Shown in pieces: positions 23,351 through 33,400 of a DNA stretch of 53,814 bases. The notes beneath the pieces were generated by a model. It saw nothing but the letters and a program-made list of their open reading frames with translations. It was not told the DNA's origin and searched no databases. How positions within the stretch are numbered: the stretch's first letter is position 1; every line of letters starts with the position of its first letter. This DNA comes from a virus (taxonomy: Duplodnaviria; Caudoviricetes): the IMG/VR virus record IMGVR_UViG_3300022407_002984, positions 1 through 53,814 of that record, one strand, 5' to 3'. Made by a program: the position numbers and the translations under genes.

Positions 23351-25774
23351 ATGATACATAACGTAACAATATTCCAAAACATAAGAGATACGGACACTCC
23401 GTTCTTTAGGGATGTTAATGTTATCCTTGAGAGAATAAAGATTGGTGCTGGTGCTACAAAAGATATTGTAAAACGCATCAGACAAGAGAAAGACAAGTCG
23501 GAACGTAATGAGATTAAGAAATTATTACCGGCTATATGTTTCAGTGGTACATTTAAGAAAAGATTAGATAACGCATTAGAAGAACACTCAGGACTTATCT
23601 GCTTGGATTTTGATGGGTATGCTAAGCAGAAAGAATTATTGCAAGACAAAGAGACCATATCGAAAAACAAATATGTATTTTCAGTATTCATTTCACCTTC
23701 GGGTAATGGTTTAAAAGTATTGGTTAAGATTCCTGCTGACGCAGATAATCATACAAAGTACTTCAATAGCTTAGAAAAGCATTTTAATAGCCCTTATTTC
23801 GACAAAACAAGTAAAAACCTTAGTCGAGTATGTTATGAGTCTTATGACCCTTTAATTCACGTTAATTTCAATTCTTCTGTTTGGGATTTAATTGAAGAGC
23901 AAGAATACACAGAGGTAAGTAAGATTAGAGACCAGGCTACCATTCCAATTACAGATGAGAATAAGATTGTAGAGATACTTGTTAAGTGGTGGGAAAAGAA
24001 ATACCCAATGCAAGAAGGACAACGCAATCACAATGCGTATATTCTTGCTATGGCTTTCAATGACTTCGGTATTAATAAAAGTCTTGCGGGTTATGTATTA
24101 AACCAATTCGCTACCGCTGACTTCTCAATAGGTGAGATAGCACAGACTATTGACTCAGCATACAGACACACAGCAAACTTTGGTACTAAGTATTACGAAG
24201 ATGAAGAGCGTATCAATCAGATACGTGCTAAGTTAAGAAGAGGGGTATCTAAGAAAGAGATTAAATACCAAATGCAAGACTCGAACTTAGACAATGACAT
24301 CATTGATGCAGTATTGAATAAAGTTGAGGATGAGAACTCCAAGATGACCTTTTGGACTAAGAACGATAAAGGTGCTATAAAGATAGAGCATATCTTATTT
24401 AAAAAATTCTTAGAAGACTCTGGTTTTTATAAGTTCTGTCCTGAGGGCAGTCGTAACTATGTATTTGTTAAAGTTACTAATAACCTTATTGACCATACCT
24501 CTGAGAAAGAGATTAAAGATTTTATTCTTAATCACTTGTTAGGATTGGATGACAATAGTATTTACAATTACTTTGCAGACAATACACGATTCTTTAAAGA
24601 TGAGTTCTTAACTTTGTTATCAACTATTGAGATATACTTTATCGCAGATAGTAAAGACTCAGCCTACTTGTACTACAAGAATTGTGCGGTTAAGATAATG
24701 AAAAATAGTATCACTACTATTGACTATGTAGACTTAGGTGGATACGTTTGGAAAGACCACGTGATTGATAGAAACTTTAACATTTGTGATGTTACCGGTA
24801 ATTGTGATTTCAAAAAGTTTATCAGCAACATTAATGGTGGAGATGAAAGACGTGTTGAGACTATGGAAAGTACCATTGGATTCTTAATGCACGGATACAA
24901 GAACTTATCTTTCTGCCCGGCAGTAATATTAAACGATGAGGTTATTAGTGATAACCCTGAAGGTGGGACCGGTAAAGGATTGGTGATGAACGCACTTAGT
25001 AATATGAAGAAGTTAGTGGTGATTGATGGAAAGTCTTTCAACTTTGAGAAGTCTTTCCCATATCAGTTGGTATCAGCTGATACCCAGATTCTTTGCTTTG
25101 ATGACGTAAAGAAACACTTTGACTTCGAGAGATTGTTTAGTGTGATTACAGAGGGTTTGACTTTGGAGAAGAAGAACAAGGATGCAATTAAGATACCATT
25201 TATAAAGTCTCCTAAGGTAACTATAACTACTAACTACGCTATCAAGGGAGCCGGTAATTCATTTGCTCGTAGAAAGTGGGAGTTGGAGTTACACCAATAT
25301 TACACGATGAGTTTCACACCGAGAGATGATTTTGGTAAGATGATGTTCGGAGATTGGAACGATGATGACTGGTGTGAGTTTGATAACTATATGATTAACT
25401 GCCTGAGGTTTTACTTAGCAAAAGGATTGGTTAAGTCTAAGTTCGTTAATCTAAAGATAAGACAATTATCAGCAGAGACTTGTCACGAGTTTATCGAGTG
25501 GGTTGGATTGGTAGATAACAATGATAGAAGTAATATGTTGCCAGTAAATGTGAGACTGTATAAGAATGAGTTGTACAATAACTTTGTTGATGAGTACCCT
25601 GATTATGGGGCAAGAGGTAAGATGACTATAAGCAGAACTAAGTTCTATAAATGGTTGATAGCTTACGCTATTTACAAAGAAGGGTTGATGCCTGAAGAGG
25701 ACCGAGACCACATTGGTAGATGGATAATCATTAAAAAGAGAGACGAAAACGAAACACAAATCAAATTAAATTAA
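23351..25774 (+). CDS. Primase-helicase (VirE_N/BT4734-like primase, PriCT, SF3 helicase)
   Basis: LICLDFD, FISPSGNGLKV, GQRN, Walker A GGTGKG, Walker B ILCFDD, ITTN. Confidence 0.9.
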   Translation: MIHNVTIFQNIRDTDTPFFRDVNVILERIKIGAGATKDIVKRIRQEKDKSERNEIKKLLPAICFSGTFKKRLDNALEEHSGLICLDFDGYAKQKELLQDKETISKNKYVFSVFISPSGNGLKVLVKIPADADNHTKYFNSLEKHFNSPYFDKTSKNLSRVCYESYDPLIHVNFNSSVWDLIEEQEYTEVSKIRDQATIPITDENKIVEILVKWWEKKYPMQEGQRNHNAYILAMAFNDFGINKSLAGYVLNQFATADFSIGEIAQTIDSAYRHTANFGTKYYEDEERINQIRAKLRRGVSKKEIKYQMQDSNLDNDIIDAVLNKVEDENSKMTFWTKNDKGAIKIEHILFKKFLEDSGFYKFCPEGSRNYVFVKVTNNLIDHTSEKEIKDFILNHLLGLDDNSIYNYFADNTRFFKDEFLTLLSTIEIYFIADSKDSAYLYYKNCAVKIMKNSITTIDYVDLGGYVWKDHVIDRNFNICDVTGNCDFKKFISNINGGDERRVETMESTIGFLMHGYKNLSFCPAVILNDEVISDNPEGGTGKGLVMNALSNMKKLVVIDGKSFNFEKSFPYQLVSADTQILCFDDVKKHFDFERLFSVITEGLTLEKKNKDAIKIPFIKSPKVTITTNYAIKGAGNSFARRKWELELHQYYTMSFTPRDDFGKMMFGDWNDDDWCEFDNYMINCLRFYLAKGLVKSKFVNLKIRQLSAETCHEFIEWVGLVDNNDRSNMLPVNVRLYKNELYNNFVDEYPDYGARGKMTISRTKFYKWLIAYAIYKEGLMPEEDRDHIGRWIIIKKRDENETQIKLN

Positions 25775-25775
25775 T

Positions 25776-26057
25776 ATGAAAGCAAAAAAAAGAAAAAAAC
25801 TCTATAGAGACCCTGAGGATATTGCATTCTCAAAGTGGGTAGACGATAGCTTCCCAATAAGAAGTAAGAACTTTAAAGGTGAAGTGTTATTCGCTGGAAG
25901 TAAGTACGATGATGTTTATTTAATAAGTGAGTTAGTAAAAATTTATAAAAGAAAAAAAGTTATATTACCAAAAAAAGAAGCAATTATCGTAGAAGTTATG
26001 TCCTGGGTTGCTGTTATAACCCTAATAACTGCAATATTTTTTTTAATATTTAATTAG
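25776..26057 (+). CDS. Hypothetical protein with C-terminal TM
   Basis: VMSWVAVITLITAIFFLIF. Confidence 0.65.
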   Translation: MKAKKRKKLYRDPEDIAFSKWVDDSFPIRSKNFKGEVLFAGSKYDDVYLISELVKIYKRKKVILPKKEAIIVEVMSWVAVITLITAIFFLIFN

Positions 26058-26185
26058 AAGATTATGTCAAAGTATTTTAAACCACTAACAAGAATTAAAA
26101 AAGTAATGGAGTTCTATTACAAAAGAGGAACCAACAAAGAACGTATCAACGAATTGTATCGTAAAATTTTAAATCAAGAAAAGAA

Positions 26186-26416
26186 ATGGCAGATATAAGT
26201 AAATGTACGGACGATAAATGTCCTTCTAAGAAAATATGCTGGAGATTTACAGCACCGGTATCACCATATAGACAAGCTTATGGGTCATTCGGAAGAGAAG
26301 AAGATGCTTATAATTGTGATATGTTTTGGCACAATGGTGTATGTAAACATTGTCATCAATCAGATGGTAATCATAAAATGAGTTGTCCAACAATGAAAAT
26401 ACAAGTAAACTTATGA
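26186..26416 (+). CDS. Small Cys-rich (Zn-binding) protein
   Basis: MADISKC...CP....CWRF...C; CKHC...HKMSC. Confidence 0.7.
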   Translation: MADISKCTDDKCPSKKICWRFTAPVSPYRQAYGSFGREEDAYNCDMFWHNGVCKHCHQSDGNHKMSCPTMKIQVNL

Positions 26417-26640
26417 TTGACAAGTATATTAAAATGCGTAACTCAGGTCAGTACCAAGTAAATTGGTTCTATGATTACTTCACTAAAAATGGTGGTGATT
26501 CAATTGGATTAAGTCAATTCAATATGGTATTTAATATGTTTAACCTAAACGAAATACTTGAATCATTAGATAAAAAGTTTAACTTAATGTCTATATCAGA
26601 CGCTAAAGGCCAAACACTAAAAGTTTTAAAATATGAATAA
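26413..26640 (+). CDS. Hypothetical protein
   Basis: ATG 26413 overlaps upstream stop. Confidence 0.65.
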   Translation: MIDKYIKMRNSGQYQVNWFYDYFTKNGGDSIGLSQFNMVFNMFNLNEILESLDKKFNLMSISDAKGQTLKVLKYE

Positions 26641-26968
26641 TACACAAACAGTACACATAGGAATGTTAAATTCATTTAATGTCTTAACTGGTAAAGTTAC
26701 AATTGAAAAGATTATTCAATCAGGGTTGGCTTATTTTGCTCACGCACCTGACGAGGAGGCTGCGATGCAAAGTATAGAGTTTATGATTTTTTATTTTCAA
26801 GGAATTGAAATGTATGAGAAGTGTGCAGAACTTAAAGACTATGTTGATAAAACATTTAACGAAGATGGTTCTTATAAAGAAAAGTTTTGTGATTGTGAGT
26901 ATCCAAACATAGAAGTCTATAGACCTAAACCTAAATGCTCTGTATGCAAACTGAGACTATTGAGATAA
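26633..26968 (+). CDS. Hypothetical protein with UVR-like motif and Zn ribbon
   Basis: EMYEKCAELKD; CDC...CSVC. Confidence 0.6.
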   Translation: MNNTQTVHIGMLNSFNVLTGKVTIEKIIQSGLAYFAHAPDEEAAMQSIEFMIFYFQGIEMYEKCAELKDYVDKTFNEDGSYKEKFCDCEYPNIEVYRPKPKCSVCKLRLLR

Positions 26969-28419
26969 TTGAAAGAACCCCAGGGTTTAACAATGAAGAG
27001 ATGTGGAAACAATGCGAACTATTAAAGAGCGTTGTATTTCAGACCATTCAAACAAAATCAGGAAGAGGTAAAGGCGTTATAATAACAGAAGAGTTTAAAC
27101 ACAATACACCATCAGAGGTTAGAAATAGAATAGCAAATAGTTGTGAGTATTATAAGAATCTTCACGAACAAGATATGAAAAGAAAAAATCAAATTGAATA
27201 CAGAGACTACCAATTAGATATTATGAAGCTTGGTGCTAAAATAATTGAAGACTTTGGTTTTGTGTATCTTGCAATGGAAGTGAGAACTGGAAAGACATTA
27301 ACAAGTCTTGGAATAGCAGAACTTATTTGCAGTAGCAATGTTTTGTTCTTAACAAAAAAGAAAGCTATTAGCAGTATTGAAAGGGACTACGAGATGCTCA
27401 ATCCTCCGTATCATTTAACAGTTACCAACTACGAGAATTTACATAAGATAGATGCTACTGATTGGGATTTGATAATATGTGATGAGGCTCACTCAATGGG
27501 TGCGTTTGCTAAACCAAGTAAAAGAGCAGTACAAGTAAAAGACCTTATTAAAAAGACAATGGCTAATGTTATTCTCTTATCAGGTACACCTACTCCAGAG
27601 TCCTACTCACAGATGTATCATCAAGTTTATGGAATACCTAAAAATCCTTTCAAAGAATTTAGTAATTTCTATAAATTTTGTAATACCTTTGTAAAAGTAA
27701 AGACCAAAATGATAAATGGTTTAATCATTAAGGATTACTCAGAAGGGTTAGATACTATAGTTGAAGCGATGGCTCCGTTCACAATCAACTATACTCAGCA
27801 AGAGGCAGGTTTTGTCACTGAGACCACTGAAGAAGTGTTTGAGGTTGAGTTAAAAGAATCAACTTACGACCTTATAAAAAGGTTAAAGCGTGATTTAATT
27901 ATCCAGGGCAAAGAAGAGGTTATCTTAGGTGATACTCCGGTAAAGTTGATGAGTAAGATACATCAATTATACTCAGGAACAATTAAGTTTGAGAGTGGGA
28001 AGTCAATGGTAATCGACACTACTAAAGCAGAGTTTATTAAGTCTCAATGGGAAGGATGTCAGATTGGTATCTTCTATAAATTCAAAGAAGAATTAGTAGC
28101 TTTGCAACAAGTCTTTGGAGATGAATTGACAATTGATTTGGATGAGTTCAATAATAGTTATAAGAACATAGCATTACAGATTGTATCAGGTAGAGAAGGT
28201 ATTAGTTTAAAGAAAGCAGAATACCTTGTGTATTACAATATTGACTTTAGTGCTACAAGTTATTGGCAATCCAAAGATAGAATGACGACCAAAGAAAGAT
28301 TAGAGAACCAAGTATTTTGGATATTCGCTAAAGGTGGAATAGAATACGATATTTATAAAGCAGTAACAAAAAAGAAATCCTATACATTAAACCATTTTAA
28401 AAAAGATTTTTACTTATGA
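26935..28419 (+). CDS. SF2 (SNF2-like) helicase
   Basis: RDYQ, EVRTGKT, ICDEAH, SGTP, GREGISL, QSKDR; start uncertain. Confidence 0.9.
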   Translation: MLCMQTETIEIIERTPGFNNEEMWKQCELLKSVVFQTIQTKSGRGKGVIITEEFKHNTPSEVRNRIANSCEYYKNLHEQDMKRKNQIEYRDYQLDIMKLGAKIIEDFGFVYLAMEVRTGKTLTSLGIAELICSSNVLFLTKKKAISSIERDYEMLNPPYHLTVTNYENLHKIDATDWDLIICDEAHSMGAFAKPSKRAVQVKDLIKKTMANVILLSGTPTPESYSQMYHQVYGIPKNPFKEFSNFYKFCNTFVKVKTKMINGLIIKDYSEGLDTIVEAMAPFTINYTQQEAGFVTETTEEVFEVELKESTYDLIKRLKRDLIIQGKEEVILGDTPVKLMSKIHQLYSGTIKFESGKSMVIDTTKAEFIKSQWEGCQIGIFYKFKEELVALQQVFGDELTIDLDEFNNSYKNIALQIVSGREGISLKKAEYLVYYNIDFSATSYWQSKDRMTTKERLENQVFWIFAKGGIEYDIYKAVTKKKSYTLNHFKKDFYL

Positions 28420-28539
28420 TAGACTACAGAGATTACGGACACGAATACAACGAGTGCACTTGCAGACAATGTGGAGAAGACTCAAGTGGTGAATTTTGCA
28501 GCCAACATTGTGCAAAAGAATACAAAGCAGATAACTAAT

Positions 28540-28827
28540 ATGAAAAGTAAAAGAAACAGAATGGCGGGTGAGCATCCATCTTACGACAAGTTAGGTATGT
28601 CAGAAGAAAGAAAGAAAAAAAAATTAGCTTACGATAAAAAATATCAAGCTACTGAAGAGCGAGTTAACTACAGAGAGAAACTTAATAAAGCTAATAAGAA
28701 AGCCGGTACCTATGGTAACGGAGATAACATAGATATGAGCCACACCAAAGCTGGTAGTATGGTTGCAGAGAATATGAAATCAAATAGAGGTCGCAACGGA
28801 CAAAACGGAAAATCAACTAAGAAATGA
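28540..28827 (+). CDS. Basic HNH-like protein
   Basis: GNGDNIDMSH...NRGRNG; ATG 28540. Confidence 0.55.
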   Translation: MKSKRNRMAGEHPSYDKLGMSEERKKKKLAYDKKYQATEERVNYREKLNKANKKAGTYGNGDNIDMSHTKAGSMVAENMKSNRGRNGQNGKSTKK

Positions 28828-29156
28828 TAAAATGTGTTTGTATAGATGCTGAGAATAGACCAAGTAAAATACCTCAGCATAAATGGTTGGAAGAAGGAAA
28901 AGAATACACGTTGGCTTTTAGTATGACTGTGCTTCCTCAAAAGAAGTTAGCTTTCCAAGTTCAAGAGATTGACCTTGATGATAGTTGTTCCCCCTATACG
29001 TGGTTCCTCGCAAACCGATTTGCGTTCAGGGAAGAGGACTTAGAAAAATTAGCTGAGTTTATTCAGGAATGCAACCACATTACTTTCTCTGTAAATGAGT
29101 TAATGAAAGAAACAAACATAAATGAAAGAGAGCCAAATACAATCGAAAAAAATTAA
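28824..29156 (+). CDS. Hypothetical protein
   Basis: CVCIDA.NRP...EGKEYT...RF. Confidence 0.65.
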   Translation: MIKCVCIDAENRPSKIPQHKWLEEGKEYTLAFSMTVLPQKKLAFQVQEIDLDDSCSPYTWFLANRFAFREEDLEKLAEFIQECNHITFSVNELMKETNINEREPNTIEKN

Positions 29157-29364
29157 GGAACTTGAGGCTCAGGGTTATTATGTTTTAAAGTTAATGAAGA
29201 CCAATAAGAATGGGATTCCTGACATTATTGCTATACCTCCTAACTCAGACGTTGAGTTCTATGAAATTAAAGGACCAACAGGAAAGCTATCCAAATTACA
29301 AGAATATAGAATAAAAGAACTAACTGAACACGGAGTGAAAGCCGAGTTGTTCAAACCAATCTAA
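29122..29364 (+). CDS. VRR-NUC nuclease (putative resolvase)
   Basis: ESQIQ, GIPDI, FYEIK, GKLSKLQ. Confidence 0.88.
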   Translation: MKESQIQSKKIKELEAQGYYVLKLMKTNKNGIPDIIAIPPNSDVEFYEIKGPTGKLSKLQEYRIKELTEHGVKAELFKPI

Positions 29365-29368
29365 TTAA

Positions 29369-29884
29369 ATGGAATTATCATACAAAGAAAAAACAGACAT
29401 AGAGAAAGATACTTTAAAAGAAATAGTAAGCGGAGTTTTTAATGTAGATATATCTTTAAAAGATAGAAGAAGAAACTCAGTAGATGCCAGGAGAATATAC
29501 TCAAAAGTATTAAGAGAAAGAGGATATACTTTTGAATCTATAGCAGATTCATTAGATAGAGACCACGCAACAATTATACATTACATTGGTTCTGTTGATA
29601 CTATTCTTGCTTATGATAAAGGTCTTAGAGATAAATACATAGCTTGTAAGAACGTATTTCTTGAAGGCAGAGCGCCACTTATGATAGAGAGAATGAAGAA
29701 AGATGCTGACTTATATGTTACCGTAATAAGATTAAATGATGAACTTCAAGAAATTATTAAAGAAAAGAAAGAAATTTTGACTAAATTTGTACATTATATA
29801 GAAAAGTATGAAAAAGAAACAGGATATTATCCTTCTGTTAAATTTTTAAAAAATAGTGTAATACCATTGTTTGATGTTAAATAA
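29369..29884 (+). CDS. Second DnaA domain IV-like HTH protein with coiled-coil
   Basis: RRRNSVDARRIY...TFESIA..LDRDHATIIH. Confidence 0.78.
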   Translation: MELSYKEKTDIEKDTLKEIVSGVFNVDISLKDRRRNSVDARRIYSKVLRERGYTFESIADSLDRDHATIIHYIGSVDTILAYDKGLRDKYIACKNVFLEGRAPLMIERMKKDADLYVTVIRLNDELQEIIKEKKEILTKFVHYIEKYEKETGYYPSVKFLKNSVIPLFDVK

Positions 29885-29895
29885 ATCGTAATTTT

Positions 29896-30090
29896 ATGAA
29901 TCCAATTTTAGATGAAGAAAACGAAAGAGCAGCTCGTATAGCTTATAGACTAAATGAGTACCACGCTCTGTTGGATACTATTTACGAGAACTTAGTTGAC
30001 CGTGATTTTAGAATTGTGAGAAGAGAGACTCAGGTCTTGATTATGGAATTAAGATGTGTATTAAAATCAACAGAGGAAGATGACTTTTGA
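29896..30090 (+). CDS. Hypothetical protein
   Basis: ORF track. Confidence 0.65.
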   Translation: MNPILDEENERAARIAYRLNEYHALLDTIYENLVDRDFRIVRRETQVLIMELRCVLKSTEEDDF

Positions 30091-30493
30091 AACGGACCAA
30101 GATTTAAAAAGAGAACATAAAGCAATAACAACATTCGTAAATACATTTGGAGGTACTTTCCAAAAATTAGACCCACAGGATGTTGACTACAAAATATTCG
30201 ATAAAGAAGGAAAGTTAATAGCTTATGCTGAGGTAAAAAGCAGGATAAGAACAATGCACGATGCTTATCCCCTTCCTGTTCAAGCCAAAAAGATTGTAAA
30301 GCTGGTAGATAAAAGACTGGCTCCGGTTATAATATGGTCTTGTGAAGATGGTATTATCTATGGTAAAGTTGATAAATTAAGAGGAGAAGTTAAGTGGGGT
30401 AGTAATGCCACACTTAACAACTCCATTAATAATTTAGAACTTATGATATTCTATAACAAACAAAAAGACTTAAAGTATATTAGATTCGTTTAG
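30080..30493 (+). CDS. PD-(D/E)XK nuclease-like protein
   Basis: VDY...YAEVKSR. Confidence 0.65.
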   Translation: MTFETDQDLKREHKAITTFVNTFGGTFQKLDPQDVDYKIFDKEGKLIAYAEVKSRIRTMHDAYPLPVQAKKIVKLVDKRLAPVIIWSCEDGIIYGKVDKLRGEVKWGSNATLNNSINNLELMIFYNKQKDLKYIRFV

Positions 30494-33400
30494 TTATCTC
30501 CATAAATTCTTTTGTACATCTCAGGATTTTTCTTTTTAAGTTCTTCTTTACTTATACCTGTTTTTTTAGTTTGAGACATCTTAATTGCTTTCCTTGTTAT
30601 AGCTGAAATATCAGGACTAAATGCTCCTACTACGCTAACTGCAATTAATGGTCCAATAAAAACTTTTAAGTTTTCAGCATCTTTTTCAGATATTTTTTTC
30701 TTATTACCATACTTATCCTTATACTCCCTGGTATATGCTAATTTACCTAAATCATATATTTCTTTTGCTTTTGTGATAGGTATACCATAAGTTCCCAACA
30801 TTTTAAGTGCAGATTGTTCTTTTGATTCAAATAGTTTTACTTTATCTTTTTCAGGAATATCTATAATATCTTGAAGTTCTTCAGCGCTATATGCTAATGC
30901 ATCTTGAGTGAATGGGTCTGCTAATGGAATAGGAGAAAATGTATCTACAAAAGCTCCTTGAGCTGCTCCTTTATATAGATTTTCTTTTGTTTTTTTATCT
31001 TCTTTTTCATTGTCTTTGCCCATATATACTGATGCAACAGAATTAAATAATAAAGCAGCTCCAATTTGTAATGCTCTATAGGTAGCGGATTCTGCTGTAT
31101 ATCCTGCAATAGATTTTAATGCTATAATTTTATCTGCTTTAGTTGATGTGTTCCAATATTCTAAAGTACTTAAATCAGAACCTAACCTTGCTGATTGGTT
31201 CATTCTAAAACTTGAAAAAGGCATAAGCATTTTAATAAATATTTTTGAAGCACTTGATTCATTTGTAAATAAATCACCAGCTAATGCAGGATTAGATATA
31301 TTCTGCTGTCTATCAACCATTCTTTGAGCATAATTAGCTGCTTTTTTGTTAGGTTCGTGGTCGCTATAATCTATATTCTTATATTCCTTTCCTTGTTGTT
31401 TTAGTGACTGTTCATAGTATGCTTTAAAAGCGGCTTTAGCAACAGCAACGTCTCCTTCAACTAATAATAATTTTAAAGATTTATCTTGAATTTTTTCTAT
31501 AAATTTGATAGCTTTATCAAGCGGCATATCTGCTGCTTTTTCTAATAGTTTATTCATAGACTCAAGCTGTCCTTGAGATTCAATACCTCTATTTGATACA
31601 GCATATCCTAAATCTTGAAGCCATTTACTATATTTAGGCTCAAAAGCAATTATAGGATTCACTCCTCCTGCATTAATAGCAGTACTTACCATAACCGGGA
31701 TTGACTGAATAAAGGGCTGTCTTCCTGATGCTAATGACATTGTAACCCCTAATTTAGCTAATCTATCTGCTTTTTTTATTAAATCAGATACTTCACTATT
31801 TTGAAAAGGAGTTTTTCTTCTTGTTATCTTAACAAATTTCTTTATTCTTTTATCATAAAGATTAGCGTCTTTACTTGATGGAATTATTTTTTTAAAATTA
31901 TCAGACTTTAAAAATGCACCTACTTTACTTATATCAAAAGCAGTATATAAATCTGTTAAAGCATCGCTCATTGCATTTCCATTTTTTTTATCAAATGAAA
32001 AATCAATATACATATCTTTAGGTATTGTTCTATCTTCTTGCTTATCCATTAAAGTCCCTGACTTTTTATCGTATAATATTTCATCAGTATTAGCAAAGAA
32101 TTGAGATTTAGTATCTTCTAAATCAACATCTTCTCTTTTATCTTGAAGTTTTATAACTTTATCAGGAGTATATCCTAAATCTTTTCCTAATACCTTATTA
32201 TAAAAATTAAGAGATAAATCAGCTAATTCTTCGTATCTTTTACTCCATTGGTTCACCCAATAATCAACACCTTCAGCATTATTAATATCAGCTTTAGATT
32301 TAGCATCTTTTATATTTTCAGAACCATCTAATACTTTATCGTATGCTTTTTTTATAAGTTTTGCAATTTCTTGTTCAGATTCATTTCCTTTAGAAGATAA
32401 CAGTTCTGCAGTATCTAATACCTCTTGCTTTCTTTTGTCAAAAACTTTCTTTCTTCTTGACTCCAAACCAATTACATTTCTTGTTATATGAGCAAGTACA
32501 CCCCTTTCTATATCATTATATGCTGAGTTATATACTTCTCCATTTGCCTTTCTTTTGTAGAACTCTTTTATATAATCTTTTGCAATTACATTAGTTTCTG
32601 ATTCTGCCTTAGAGCTATTATTTATTAAATCAGATATACCTACCAAATCTTCAAACTCTAAAGAACGATTAACTCCTTTAAACATTTTTTCTCCTAATAC
32701 AGGAAGCGTTGTTGTTTTTTGACCAAGTGCTCTACCTAATTTTTCACTAAAATATTTTCTAATTCTAATTGCCTTAAGTCCTTTTGTAATAGCTTCGTCT
32801 CCTCCTTTTATTGCTTCATATTCAGCAATTGGTCTTAACATACCTGCTGTTGATTTATTTTGAATAAAGTTTATTAAAGAATCAACAGTCCTAAGAGCTT
32901 CTTTTGGGTCCTCAATTTTATTAGGGTCTATATCTATAAACCTTTCTATAATATCTTTTTGTTTTTTATCAAAAGAAACTTCTTCACCAGTAAAAGGGTC
33001 TTCTCCTGTTCTTACCATTTCTTTTACAATTGAAGAATAAACCTTAAATCCTTTTTCAATTGTTGCTCTAACAATTTTTATATCATCTTTAGATAAATCT
33101 TTATCAGATTCTAATAAAGCATCTATTTCTTCAGCGCTAAATTCTTTAGCATCTACACCAATCAAATCTTGTAACTCTGCTATTTTTTCTTCACGAAGTT
33201 TTACTTCTTGTTCTTCAAGAGTTTTCTCAATATATTCTGTTGCATTTTCAATATCTACTGTCTCAGCAAATTTTACATTTGCTTTTCTTATTTTAGAACC
33301 GTCTATTGCATCTTTTATTTTAGATGACAACTCATTATACTTATCTATATTTTCTACAATAGAAGGGTCTATTTTAGAAAACTCAGTACCTAATGCTCTA

